This document shows, one piece after another, positions 46,091 to 55,243 of a stretch of DNA of 64,000 nucleotides. Every line of letters starts with the position of its first letter. The stretch's first letter is position 1. The translations under genes and the position numbers were made by a program. The notes under the pieces were generated by a model that was not told the DNA's origin, did not search any database, and saw only the letters and a list, made by a program, of their open reading frames with translations. Origin of the DNA: Sodaliphilus sp. (GTDB lineage Bacteria > Bacillota_I > Bacilli_A > RFN20 > CAG-826); assembly GCA_963643355.1 (NCBI GenBank), contig CAVIJE010000002.1, forward strand, positions 40,142-104,141, written 5' to 3'.

Positions 46091-46806
46091 TTCTCTTCCT
46101 CGAGCATCGAGAAAACGCTTGCAAGATATATTGAGGCCGTTTCAGCACGAAGAATTCTTCTTCCTAAAGAAAGATAGACAAACCCGGCTTTCGATGCGCT
46201 TTCGGCTTCACTTGGTGAAAAGCCACCTTCTGGTCCAACGACGCACAAGGCTGTTTCCCCTTTATTTAAACTTGAAAATTCCTTTGGCAAATTAAAGGAG
46301 CCATCGGAGACGTTTTCATAGGCGAGATAACGTTTGTCGGCGTTATATGAAAGAACATTTTTGTAATCACAAATAGGTAATACTTCAGGTACAACCAGGC
46401 GTTTGGATTGGCTTGCGGCCCCTAAAACGATCTTTTTGAATCTTTCAAGCCTTTTTTCTCTTTCTTTTTGATCAAGGCGAATTATCGTTCTCTCGGAAAT
46501 AAAAGGCAAAAATTTGGTAACGCCAAGCTCGGTCCCTTTCATCAAAACAAGTTCATCGTGACCGCCCTTAAGTAATGAAAAAGCAAGTATTAAACTTGAG
46601 TTTAATTCTGTTTCCCTACTGATTTTTTTAATTGTTTTTAATTCAAGCGGAGAAATATTTTCAATTTCGGCTAAATAAAGTTCATTATTGTCGACAATTT
46701 CGATTTTATCGCCTTTTTTAGCTCGCATAACATTCAAAAGATGATGGGCATCGTCTTTTGAAAGAGCGATATTAGTGCCTACCACCTTAGCGAAAAAGCG
46801 TTCCAT
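46087..46806 (-). CDS. rsmE: 16S rRNA (uracil1498-N3)-methyltransferase RsmE
   Basis: PUA-like N-terminus; C-terminal SPOUT motif VGPEGGFSPSE...LGRRILRAETA. Confidence 0.85.
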   Translation of the reverse strand: MERFFAKVVGTNIALSKDDAHHLLNVMRAKKGDKIEIVDNNELYLAEIENISPLELKTIKKISRETELNSSLILAFSLLKGGHDELVLMKGTELGVTKFLPFISERTIIRLDQKEREKRLERFKKIVLGAASQSKRLVVPEVLPICDYKNVLSYNADKRYLAYENVSDGSFNLPKEFSSLNKGETALCVVGPEGGFSPSEAESASKAGFVYLSLGRRILRAETASIYLASVFSMLEEEK

Positions 46807-46807
46807 C

Positions 46808-47248
46808 TTATTTTAGGAGTTCTCCGTTGGCATCCATCAAGGAATCATCCTTGAAATAATGAATCGATGCTAAAAGGTAGAAAACGAAAACCAAAGCAAA
46901 CGGAATCAAAAAGGCTAAAGCGTTTTTTAAGGGCTCTAAAAGGAAGAAAAGCGCACTTCCAACTCCCCCGATTATTACTAAGCTTAGGATTAATTCCAAT
47001 ACGCCTTTTTTAATATATCCAAGGTAAAAATTATGAATTCCAAAATAGCCCAGCAATAAGCATAAAAAGCCGGCTGTTTTGCGAGATTTTGACTTATACA
47101 ATTCTTCATTTGAATGCGAGCTTTTAATGAAGCCAGTAACATCTTTTGTGACGTAATTATCTTCTATTGGATTCTCTGTCCCACAATATGGGCAAATATC
47201 TTTATCGAATTTTTGTATAGTTCTATGACAGTTTTTGCAGATTGGCAT
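46808..47248 (-). CDS. Zinc-ribbon + TM2-domain membrane protein
   Basis: N-terminal CKNC...CPYCG. TM2-like GFLCLLLGYFGIHNFYLG followed by a second helix. Confidence 0.7.
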   Translation of the reverse strand: MPICKNCHRTIQKFDKDICPYCGTENPIEDNYVTKDVTGFIKSSHSNEELYKSKSRKTAGFLCLLLGYFGIHNFYLGYIKKGVLELILSLVIIGGVGSALFFLLEPLKNALAFLIPFALVFVFYLLASIHYFKDDSLMDANGELLK

Positions 47249-47290
47249 AATAAAACACCCCTTTAAATACTACCTTTAAAAAGCATTTTT

Positions 47291-47320
47291 TAAAAGAAAA
47301 ATCACCCTTTTGGGGTGATT
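47291..47320 (-). terminator. Intrinsic terminator after dnaJ
   Basis: AATCACCC / GGGTGATT stem, then TTTTCTTTTA on the minus strand. Confidence 0.8.
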
Positions 47321-47325
47321 ATTTT

Positions 47326-48453
47326 TTAATGTTTCTTCCACCAAGATTTTTTCTTGCTTTTTTCCTCAGCTTGGAATTGCTGCAAGAGATCTTTTTGCGT
47401 CTTGCTTAACTCGGTTGGTGTATGAATCTTTATATGGAGGTAATGGTCGCCAGGTTTTGCCGTGCGAAGATCCTTAACGCCTTTTCCTTTGAGTTTTAAG
47501 ATTGCATCAGGCTGCGTTCCGGAAGGGATTTCAACGGTAACCGTGCCATAGACCGTTTCTACATCGACATTTGTCCCTAATGCCGCATCGACGAACCCTA
47601 AATCAAGATTGGTATGGATATCATTTCCATCCCTTGTAAATCTATCATCAGGAGCGATTTTTATTTCAACATATAAGTCTCCGTTTGGGCCACCGGCAAC
47701 TCCTCTTTCACCTTTACCTTTTACGCGAATTTGCTGTCCTGCATTAATGCCGGCTGGAATATTGACCTCGACATTTTTGCGGACTCTATGATATCCTTCG
47801 CCGCCACATGAAGAACATTTGTTGCGAATGACTTTTCCGGTCCCGCGGCAATTTGGACAAACTTGCGAGCTTTGGGAAACACCAAAAATCGTTTGAACTG
47901 TTTTGCTAATATACCCGCTTCCTTGGCAATGAGGACAAGTTGTGATATCAGAATCGCTTCTTGCTCCAGTGCCATGGCAACTTTCGCAAGCTTCGTCATA
48001 CGTCAAAGGGATGCTGATTTTAGTTCCGTTTATAGCGTCCATGAAGTTGATTTTAACGCTATAAAGCGTGTCGTTGCCTTTTTGAGGACCGCTTTGGGCT
48101 TGTCCTCTTCTTCTAGCCCCTCCACCGAAGAAGGAATTGAACAAATCGTTTAGATCGCCAAAGCCTTCGGTTGAGAATCCAGCACCTTCAAAAGGATTGC
48201 CACTTCCGCCAGTTGACCCCCCTTGACCAAATGCCGCAAAACCATATTGATCATATGCCGCGCGCTTTTGATCGTCCGAAAGGATGTCATAAGCTTCTTG
48301 AACTTCCTCGAATTTTTTCGGAGCATCAGCATCATGGTTGATATCTGGGTGGTATTTTTTCGCTAGTTTACGATAAGCTGATTTAATTTCGTCTTTACTG
48401 GCATTCTTGTTAACGCCCAAAACTTCATAATAATCTCTTTTTTCTTCAGCCAT
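47326..48453 (-). CDS. dnaJ: Chaperone DnaJ
   Basis: J domain DYYEVLGV...HPD, G/F region, four CxxCxGxG repeats. SD GAAAGGAGAA precedes the ATG at 48453. Confidence 0.95.
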   Translation of the reverse strand: MAEEKRDYYEVLGVNKNASKDEIKSAYRKLAKKYHPDINHDADAPKKFEEVQEAYDILSDDQKRAAYDQYGFAAFGQGGSTGGSGNPFEGAGFSTEGFGDLNDLFNSFFGGGARRRGQAQSGPQKGNDTLYSVKINFMDAINGTKISIPLTYDEACESCHGTGARSDSDITTCPHCQGSGYISKTVQTIFGVSQSSQVCPNCRGTGKVIRNKCSSCGGEGYHRVRKNVEVNIPAGINAGQQIRVKGKGERGVAGGPNGDLYVEIKIAPDDRFTRDGNDIHTNLDLGFVDAALGTNVDVETVYGTVTVEIPSGTQPDAILKLKGKGVKDLRTAKPGDHYLHIKIHTPTELSKTQKDLLQQFQAEEKSKKKSWWKKH

Positions 48454-48528
48454 TTCCTTTTTCTCCTTTCTAAAATGAGAATATAGAGGCGCCTTTTGAA
48501 CGCCTCTATACAATAACTTTTAAGTTAA

Positions 48529-50364
48529 TTAAGCTTTTTTATCCGTAAAATCTGCGTCAACTACGTCCTGATCGTTACTAGAATCAGTATTTCCGGAATT
48601 TGCATTAGCGTTTCCGGCACCTTGAGAAGCTTGTTGTTGATAAGCATTTGCTGCATTGGCTGCATCTTCAAGTTTGCCAACGATTTCTCTTAATTTATCG
48701 ATGTTATCGTTTTGGATGGCGGCTTGAGCATCATCGCGAATTTTGATTAATTCATTCTTTTGCTCTTCGGAAAGTTGCGAACCTTTTTCGACTAAGGTTT
48801 GGTTGATTTGATCAACGTATGTTTGAGCTTTATTCTTAACTTCGATATCGCCTTTTCTTTTTTCGTCGGCGGCTTTGTTTTCTTCCGCTTCTTTCACCAT
48901 GCGGTCGATGTCTTCTTTAGAGAGGCCATTTGAACCGGAAATTGTGATATCTTGGGCTTTTTGAGTATCAAGATCTTTTGCTGAAACCTTTACGATGCCG
49001 TTGACATCAATAGAGAAAGTGACTTCGATTCTTGGTTGTCCGCGACGTGCTGGTTTGATGCCATCAAGAGCGAAATGGCCAAGGAGTTTGTTATCGTGGG
49101 CCATTTGTCTTTCGCCTTGGTAAACCATGATATCGACTGAAGGTTGATTATCTTGGGCCGTGGAGAAGACTTGGCTCTTTGTTGTAGGAATTGTTGTATT
49201 TCTTGGAATGAGAGGTGTCATTATTCCGCCAAGGGTTTCAATACCCAATGTTAATGGTGTAACATCGAGCAAGACGACGTCCTTAACGTCACCAGCAATG
49301 ATGCCACCTTGAATTGCGGCACCGATTGAAACCGCTTCATCAGGGTTGATCGACATATTGATCTTCTTACCAGTGACTTTAGAAACCATATCTTGAACTG
49401 CTGGCATACGCGTTGAACCACCAATCATAAGGACTTCTGTGATGTCGCTATAACTTAAACCAGCGTCAGAGAGAGCGTTTTCCATAGGTTTTTTGCAACG
49501 TTCAAGTAATCCTTTTGTTAAATCTTGGAATTTAGCTCTTGTTAATTTTCCCTCATATGAGATAGGACCTGTTGATCCCATGCCAATAAATGGAAGAGAG
49601 ATTGTTGTTTCTAAGCTGCTAGAAAGTTCGATCTTGGCTTTTTCAGCTGCATCGAGGAAGCGTTGTTGAGCCATTTTGTCGGTTAGATCAACGCCTGTTT
49701 CAATTTGAATTTGGGCATGGATCCAATCGGCAATCGCCTTATCCCAGTCATCGCCGCCAAGTTCAACATCACCATTTGTTGAGAGAACTTGGAAAGTGCC
49801 GTCACCAATTTCAAGAATAGAAACATCGAGAGTTCCGCCACCAAGGTCGAAAACTAAGACTTTTCCGCTCTTATCGGAATCAACGCCAAATGCTAAGCAT
49901 GAGGCGGTTGGTTCGTTTATGATACGCACGACATCTAAACCGGCAATTGTTCCGGCGTCCTTTGTTGCTTGTCTTTGAGCGTCATTGAAATAAGCTGGAA
50001 CGGTGATTACTGCCTTTTTGACTTCTTGACCGATGTTCTTTTCGGCATATGATTTCATATAAGCAAGAACTTTGGCAGAAATTTCTTGAGGGGTGAATTC
50101 TTTATTTAAGCAGCCAATTTTAAATTTATAGTCTTGACCAATTTTACGTTTTGCTGAACGAACTGTGTCAGGATTCGTGATCATTTGTCTTTTTGCTGCG
50201 TTTCCGACGATTTCTTCGCCACTTGCTTTGAAAGCGACGACTGATGGGGTGGTATTTGTACCTTCTGGATTTGGAATAACTTTAACTTTTCCATCGGCTT
50301 GTAAGTAGCTGATGACGGAATTTGTTGTTCCTAAGTCAATTCCAACGATTAATTCTTTTGCCAT
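48529..50364 (-). CDS. dnaK: Chaperone DnaK (Hsp70)
   Basis: [19 protein letters not shown], 611 aa. Confidence 0.95.
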   Translation of the reverse strand: MAKELIVGIDLGTTNSVISYLQADGKVKVIPNPEGTNTTPSVVAFKASGEEIVGNAAKRQMITNPDTVRSAKRKIGQDYKFKIGCLNKEFTPQEISAKVLAYMKSYAEKNIGQEVKKAVITVPAYFNDAQRQATKDAGTIAGLDVVRIINEPTASCLAFGVDSDKSGKVLVFDLGGGTLDVSILEIGDGTFQVLSTNGDVELGGDDWDKAIADWIHAQIQIETGVDLTDKMAQQRFLDAAEKAKIELSSSLETTISLPFIGMGSTGPISYEGKLTRAKFQDLTKGLLERCKKPMENALSDAGLSYSDITEVLMIGGSTRMPAVQDMVSKVTGKKINMSINPDEAVSIGAAIQGGIIAGDVKDVVLLDVTPLTLGIETLGGIMTPLIPRNTTIPTTKSQVFSTAQDNQPSVDIMVYQGERQMAHDNKLLGHFALDGIKPARRGQPRIEVTFSIDVNGIVKVSAKDLDTQKAQDITISGSNGLSKEDIDRMVKEAEENKAADEKRKGDIEVKNKAQTYVDQINQTLVEKGSQLSEEQKNELIKIRDDAQAAIQNDNIDKLREIVGKLEDAANAANAYQQQASQGAGNANANSGNTDSSNDQDVVDADFTDKKA

Positions 50365-50378
50365 AATTGTTTATCTCC

Positions 50379-50987
50379 TTAAGCTTCTTGAGCTTTGTTT
50401 GATTCGGCTGAATCGTTATTTTCTTTCGTTTCGACCTTCTTTTTATAAACTTTCACGTTAGCTGGTCGAATTAGTTTTTCGTGAAGTTTGTAACCTTTTG
50501 AGAAAATGAAGGCCACTTTGTTATCGTTGCTTTCGTCTCCGTCAACAACGTCAACGGCATTCATTTTTGAAGCGTCAAATTCATCTCCGACTTTAGGAAG
50601 AATTTCGCTGACTCCTTCTGCATCTAGACAATTTTGAATTTGATTATAGATGTAGGTGAAACCTTGCTGGTAGTTTTTCGCTTCTGGTGAGTTCGCTTGA
50701 GCATTAAGCGCTAAGTAGAATCCGTCGAGAGCAGGAAGGAGGTTCTCAAGGAAACCTTCAGAACGATATCTGAGGGCATTGCGGTGATCCTCTTCAAGAC
50801 TCTTTCTTAAATTTTGCACATCAGCAAGCTGAGTATAATATTTATTTTTCCAGTCAAAGGCCTCTGCTTCGGCCTTTTTGGCTCGTTCTTCTAATTCTTC
50901 GATGGAAGGTTTTTCATGCTTCATTTCTTGCTCATTTTCTTGTTTTTCTGAGCATTTGTCTTTTTCGTTTTCGTTTCTTTTTTGCAT
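50379..50987 (-). CDS. grpE: Nucleotide exchange factor GrpE
   Basis: Coiled-coil N-terminus and beta C-terminus, sited between hrcA and dnaK. Start uncertain: 50987 has SD AAGGA and a 67-nt overlap with hrcA; 50924 would give an ATGA overlap. Confidence 0.9.
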   Translation of the reverse strand: MQKRNENEKDKCSEKQENEQEMKHEKPSIEELEERAKKAEAEAFDWKNKYYTQLADVQNLRKSLEEDHRNALRYRSEGFLENLLPALDGFYLALNAQANSPEAKNYQQGFTYIYNQIQNCLDAEGVSEILPKVGDEFDASKMNAVDVVDGDESNDNKVAFIFSKGYKLHEKLIRPANVKVYKKKVETKENNDSAESNKAQEA

Positions 50988-52021
50988 TCTTCTTCATCCT
51001 TTCTATCGTATGATCCGAAATATTTTTCCAACTCTTCGGCGAAATATTCGAGCGTCGTTACGACCTTATCGTAATTCATTCTTGAAGGTCCGACTAAAGA
51101 GAGCTTTGCCCCTTTTTCGCCAGGAACATCAATTTCCGCTGAGACTAAGGCCAATTGATCGGCTAGTTTATCGGAATTTCCAGAGCCAATCGTAATAGTG
51201 ATACCGTTTTTCGTCTCACCTCTTTCAATTACTCTATTGATACCCGAAGGATCATCAATGAATTTAAGCAATTCACGAATCTTTTTGGCATCATTGGCGA
51301 ATTCTGGTTGATTAAGCAATTTCTCTTTGCCATAGAACTCCATTCTTGAAGTTGCAAACGAAGAGAATATTCCGAATATAGCTTGATAAATCAACTCTTG
51401 TCCAACAACATAGTCGGTTAAGGCCGGTTTCATCGCTTCCATCTTTGGAATTACTTCCGAAACGGATGTTCCGGAAAGTCGGTCATTTAATAATTTTATT
51501 GTTTTAGCAACGTCATTTGGGTCAATATTTTCTTCAAAAACGAAATTTTTCGATTCTACATGACCTTTATCAGTTAGGAATATCGCCGTTGCTGTGTTTG
51601 AAGCTATTGGTGTCAATTGAATGGAAACGAGGTGTTCTTCTTCAAGTGCGTTTCCAACGATTACAGATGTTAAATTAGTCATCTGAGAAAGGATTTCGCA
51701 GCTCTCTTTAATGACTTCTTCAACCGATTTGCTTCTTTCGGATAACACCATTTGAAGAGCATTTTTCGCCCTGTCATCGACACTTCCAGTCCTGAGATTA
51801 TCAACATAATATTGATAGCCTTTTTCAGAAGGGACTCTTCCAGCCGATGTGTGGGGTTTTTCGAGGAATCCATCAACTTCAAGGGCATTCATCTCATTGC
51901 GGATGGTTGCCGTTGAAACTTCAAGATTGTAAGCCTCTTGCAAGGTTTTTGACCCAACAGGTTGAGCGGTCTTAATGAAATATTCGACAATTAGTTTTAA
52001 AATCTCATCTCTTCTTGTCAT
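50921..52021 (-). CDS. hrcA: Heat-inducible transcription repressor HrcA
   Basis: wHTH N-terminus GSKTLQEAYNLEVSTATIRNEM. CIRCE operators upstream. SD AGGAGG. Confidence 0.9.
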   Translation of the reverse strand: MTRRDEILKLIVEYFIKTAQPVGSKTLQEAYNLEVSTATIRNEMNALEVDGFLEKPHTSAGRVPSEKGYQYYVDNLRTGSVDDRAKNALQMVLSERSKSVEEVIKESCEILSQMTNLTSVIVGNALEEEHLVSIQLTPIASNTATAIFLTDKGHVESKNFVFEENIDPNDVAKTIKLLNDRLSGTSVSEVIPKMEAMKPALTDYVVGQELIYQAIFGIFSSFATSRMEFYGKEKLLNQPEFANDAKKIRELLKFIDDPSGINRVIERGETKNGITITIGSGNSDKLADQLALVSAEIDVPGEKGAKLSLVGPSRMNYDKVVTTLEYFAEELEKYFGSYDRKDEEECKKETKTKKTNAQKNKKMSKK

Positions 52022-52033
52022 AAAGACCTCCTA

Positions 52034-52060
52034 TTAGCACTCATGTCTCCGTGGTGCTAC
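52034..52060 (-). promoter_or_regulatory. CIRCE operator (downstream copy, between -10 and SD)
   Basis: Minus strand reads GTAGCACCA-N9-GAGTGCTAA (6/9 + 9/9). Confidence 0.7.
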
Positions 52061-52064
52061 ATTA

Positions 52065-52092
52065 ATTATAGGAATAGTTTTAGCACTGTCAA
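52065..52092 (-). promoter_or_regulatory. Sigma-A-type promoter of the hrcA-grpE-dnaK-dnaJ operon
   Basis: Minus strand TTGACA (52092..52087), 16 nt, TATAAT (52070..52065). Confidence 0.8.
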
Positions 52093-52106
52093 CATTTTAG
52101 TGCTAA
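52080..52106 (-). promoter_or_regulatory. CIRCE operator (upstream copy, overlaps -35)
   Basis: Minus strand reads TTAGCACTA-N9-CAGTGCTAA versus consensus TTAGCACTC-N9-GAGTGCTAA (8/9 + 8/9). Confidence 0.85.
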
Positions 52107-52111
52107 ATTTT

Positions 52112-53200
52112 TTAAAAAAGTTCTAATAAGATTCTATCGAGCAGCAAAATTCCCGTATTTGTGGGATAAATCGATAATGAATTCTCTTCTAAGAGGCCAT
52201 ATTTTTTTAATTTTTCTAGCTTATTTTTGTATCTTTCCTCAAAAGAAAATGCGAATCGTTTTTCGAAATCCTTCTTCAAAAAGCCTTTTGACAATCGTAA
52301 ATTGGTCAAGAAATAATCCTCTAAACGAGATTCTAGCGTTAATTCTTCTTTTTCGAAAACGTAATTTCCTGATAAATATTCCTTTAGAGACTTCGTGTTA
52401 GTATATCGAACATTATTCAAATATCCAGAAGCACCAAGACCAACTCCGTAATACTCTTCATCATGCCAATAGGTTAAATTATGAAGGGAATAGTGGCCAT
52501 TTCTTGCGAAATTGCTAACTTCATAGCGTTCGTATCCTGCTTTAGTTAACTTATCAAGGATTAATTCATACATCGAAGCGGACATCTCATCATTCATTTC
52601 CTTATATCCTTTATTATAGAAAAGTGTTCCGGGCGAAACGGTTAGGGAATAGCAAGAAAGATGAGGCACATCTAAGGAAAGAAGAACATCGATGTCTTTT
52701 TCTAATGTGCTTAGGTCTTCTTTTGGCAAAGCGTATATCAAATCAACGGAAATATTGCTAATTCCGTGACTTTTTGCAGTTTCTATCGCATTTTTAACAT
52801 CTTGCACAGTATGTTTTCTTCCCATGAGTTTTAAATAACGCTCATCGGACGATTCTAAGCCGATCGAAAGTCGATTTATCCCTCTGTTTTTAAGGATTTC
52901 AATTTTCTCCTCATTGATGGTTTCGGGATTTCCTTCGATTGTAAACTCACCGTTTTCTTTTAAAAAAGGTCTTAGATACTTTAAAAAATCATCAAGCAAT
53001 GCATTAGGAAGGCAAGTCGGAGTCCCCCCGCCAATATAAATCGTGTCAAGTTTCTCTGAAATGTTATAGTTTTCGATTTCTTTTTTCAGCTCTTTTGTAT
53101 AAGAAAAAGCCCATTTTTCGTCATATAGGACTTTAGCGAAGTCACAATATGAGCAAATATGGGTGCAAAAAGGTATGTGAATGTATAATGATTTAGCCAC
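52112..53200 (-). CDS. hemW: Radical-SAM heme chaperone HemW (HemN-like)
   Basis: CTHICSYCDF radical SAM motif. Position between lepA and hrcA. GTG start 2 nt after the upstream stop. Confidence 0.85.
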   Translation of the reverse strand: MAKSLYIHIPFCTHICSYCDFAKVLYDEKWAFSYTKELKKEIENYNISEKLDTIYIGGGTPTCLPNALLDDFLKYLRPFLKENGEFTIEGNPETINEEKIEILKNRGINRLSIGLESSDERYLKLMGRKHTVQDVKNAIETAKSHGISNISVDLIYALPKEDLSTLEKDIDVLLSLDVPHLSCYSLTVSPGTLFYNKGYKEMNDEMSASMYELILDKLTKAGYERYEVSNFARNGHYSLHNLTYWHDEEYYGVGLGASGYLNNVRYTNTKSLKEYLSGNYVFEKEELTLESRLEDYFLTNLRLSKGFLKKDFEKRFAFSFEERYKNKLEKLKKYGLLEENSLSIYPTNTGILLLDRILLELF

Positions 53201-53202
53201 GA

Positions 53203-53568
53203 TTAGTTGTCATGCTCGTTGTTTTTAGAATAATCTTCCATTTCTTTGATGACTTTTTCATCTTCGACTGGCTTGATCATTCTATCGAGTTCTTCTTGGA
53301 GAGCTTCTTCTTCGGTTGGCTTTCCTTCTTTTTTTGCTCTTCTTTCTTTGGCTTCGTTATATTCTTTCTCGTTTAATTCTTGGGTTAAACGAGAAACTTC
53401 TTCTTCTGCGATTTCTTTGTCTGTTTTTGGCTTTTCTTCGCTTTTAAAAGGTTTGGCGTATTTTCTCACTAAGAAAACTCCACCGGCGATAAGCCCGAAG
53501 AAAACGACGATTATTATAGGGAATAGCCAAGCTGGTACTCCATCAAGAATTAATACTAAATTGTTCAT
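53203..53568 (-). CDS. Single-pass membrane protein with K/E-rich tail
   Basis: One N-terminal TM (WLFPIIIVVFFGLIAGGVFLV), then ~85 aa of K/E-rich sequence. SD AAAGGAA inside the end of the upstream gene. Confidence 0.55.
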   Translation of the reverse strand: MNNLVLILDGVPAWLFPIIIVVFFGLIAGGVFLVRKYAKPFKSEEKPKTDKEIAEEEVSRLTQELNEKEYNEAKERRAKKEGKPTEEEALQEELDRMIKPVEDEKVIKEMEDYSKNNEHDN

Positions 53569-53570
53569 GT

Positions 53571-55190
53571 TTATTTTCCTTTCTTTGTTGGCGTATACAC
53601 AAATTTATTTTTGAATTGCAACTTTTCGTAATATCCTTCAGCCGCTAATTTATCCATTGAGGTTCTAGCCGTTTCATAAACGCAGGAGGCGTATTTTTTG
53701 TATTGCTGAATGGTGTAATAACGTCCTGGAGTGTTATGATTCGCTAAGAATATAGCTTGTTTTTTGTTGAGTTCAATATTTGTTTCCAGTAAATATTTGA
53801 CGTACGCTTTGATTTCAGCCTTCGAAAGCCCTTCTTCGATGGCAGAATCTTTAATGCTATCTTTTTGTAAATTAGAGATTTGCTGAATTTTAGGCTTTGG
53901 GGAATCATTTTGCAACTTAATTGGCTTAGCGATTGGTTCTTCAGGCTCTTTTTCTATAGTTTCAAGAATTTGTTCCTCTTTATTTAAAGCCGGAGGCGTT
54001 TCAACTTTTTCCTCGTTTTTATGTTCCTCTTCTATTTGAACATTTTCTTCTTTAAATGCTGGTTCTTCTTCGGCTTTTTGATCAGTTTCCTCTTTAATTT
54101 CATCAAGGAAGGAAAGCTGAGTTGGCTCGATTTGCTCAGAAGGCTTTTCCTTAACGATCGTCTCGGCCCTTTCCGTTTCCTCTTTGCTTAAGGTTGAAAA
54201 TTCTTTTTGATAGGAAACCGAGCGTGTCTCGATAAGTTTTTGACGCATCGTTTCTATGTAACGCTCAAAAATGTTCATTGCCTCGAAAACGACATAGGTC
54301 ATATCGCAAGAAGCCTTGGATTCTTTATAAGCGTTTGTTTGATAGAAAGAGTCAAGGAGCAAATCTTCAAAAGGCAAGAAGAAACTATCGTTGTAGCGAT
54401 TCGAACTTGCTATAGTTTCTTTTCCTAGCAAAGCTGAAACTAATGAGTTTCTTTGACTAAAAGGTTTGATGTACTCTAAATAAAGCGTGGCAATGACCGC
54501 TTTAGCAAAAGCCGGCGATTTATATTGGTTGTTCTTATCTTCTAGATATTCCATTAGGCTTTCAACGGACGAATCTATCATGTCAAACGGAGCATATGGA
54601 TAATCTGGATTGGTCCTGTATTGAAGCATTTTGACGCGATTATCAAAGTCTTTTTGGCGGTAGAATTCCATCAATTCCTCACCGACGACTTTTTGAAGGG
54701 CGTTGCCTAAAAAATCCTCACTTGGAACATCAGGAGTCTGATCAAGATAAGAATCAAGCGCCGATAAATAATGAATTACTGGCGCATGATTAGCCACATT
54801 CTCTTGGTATAGAGACTTAAGCAGCATCGAAATCGACAAATCGTTTATTGTGGATTTTTCTAGCGTTGCAGCCCTCTTTAGCAAAGGAGAAAACAATACT
54901 TCGCGCGTTTCTTTAGGATTTTCAAACCTTATATTTCTCGCAAAAGCTAAAAATTCAGTTACGTTTCGTTCAAAATTATGAATTCTCGCCAAAACTCCCT
55001 CGGTAAGAGTTAAATAATATTTCTTGCCTTTAATTTTGCCAAAAGGAAGAGTCTCGGAATATTGTTGTCTATATTTTATAATTTCATCCCAAAAAATATC
55101 GACGTTGAAAATATGCAAAGCGCTAGCAACGTCTTTTTGCGTCGCATAAATCTCATCGGTGAATTTTATGGCATTATCAGTCGCTTTCAT
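53571..55190 (-). CDS. Fic-fold-like protein with degenerate active-site motif, E/K-rich linker and C-terminal wHTH
   Basis: aa 225-255 SPAFAKAVIATLYLEYIKPFSQRNSLVSALL align with the canonical helix plus HPFxDGNGRxxR motif, but with H, D, G, G and R all replaced. aa 335-460 are acidic/basic low complexity. aa 470-535 LNKKQAIFL...YTIQQY...ETARTSMDKLAAEGYYEKL look like the wHTH tail of Fic proteins. Confidence 0.5.
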   Translation of the reverse strand: MKATDNAIKFTDEIYATQKDVASALHIFNVDIFWDEIIKYRQQYSETLPFGKIKGKKYYLTLTEGVLARIHNFERNVTEFLAFARNIRFENPKETREVLFSPLLKRAATLEKSTINDLSISMLLKSLYQENVANHAPVIHYLSALDSYLDQTPDVPSEDFLGNALQKVVGEELMEFYRQKDFDNRVKMLQYRTNPDYPYAPFDMIDSSVESLMEYLEDKNNQYKSPAFAKAVIATLYLEYIKPFSQRNSLVSALLGKETIASSNRYNDSFFLPFEDLLLDSFYQTNAYKESKASCDMTYVVFEAMNIFERYIETMRQKLIETRSVSYQKEFSTLSKEETERAETIVKEKPSEQIEPTQLSFLDEIKEETDQKAEEEPAFKEENVQIEEEHKNEEKVETPPALNKEEQILETIEKEPEEPIAKPIKLQNDSPKPKIQQISNLQKDSIKDSAIEEGLSKAEIKAYVKYLLETNIELNKKQAIFLANHNTPGRYYTIQQYKKYASCVYETARTSMDKLAAEGYYEKLQFKNKFVYTPTKKGK

Positions 55191-55199
55191 ACTACAAAT

Positions 55200-55228
55200 A
55201 TTATAGAAATAGTTAAATTACAAAGCAA
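55200..55228 (-). promoter_or_regulatory. Promoter of the Fic-like gene; ATG 9 nt after the -10
   Basis: Minus strand TTGCTT (55228..55223), 17 nt, TATAAT (55205..55200), ATG at 55190. No SD. Confidence 0.6.
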
Positions 55229-55243
55229 CTAGAAAACTACTAA
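55226..55243 (-). repeat. Phased repeats TTAGTAG / CTAGTTG (minus strand) at the lepA stop and Fic-like promoter
   Basis: Plus-strand ctactaa 55237..55243 and caactag 55226..55232. The 18-mer is 16/18 identical to 9213..9230. Confidence 0.6.

Noticed and set aside
50921-50987. The 67-nt hrcA/grpE overlap as a sign of frameshift or pseudogenisation.
   Set aside because: Both ORFs are full length for their families. The overlap is explained either by a genuine long overlap (SD AAGGA before 50987) or by the alternative grpE start at 50924 with an ATGA junction.
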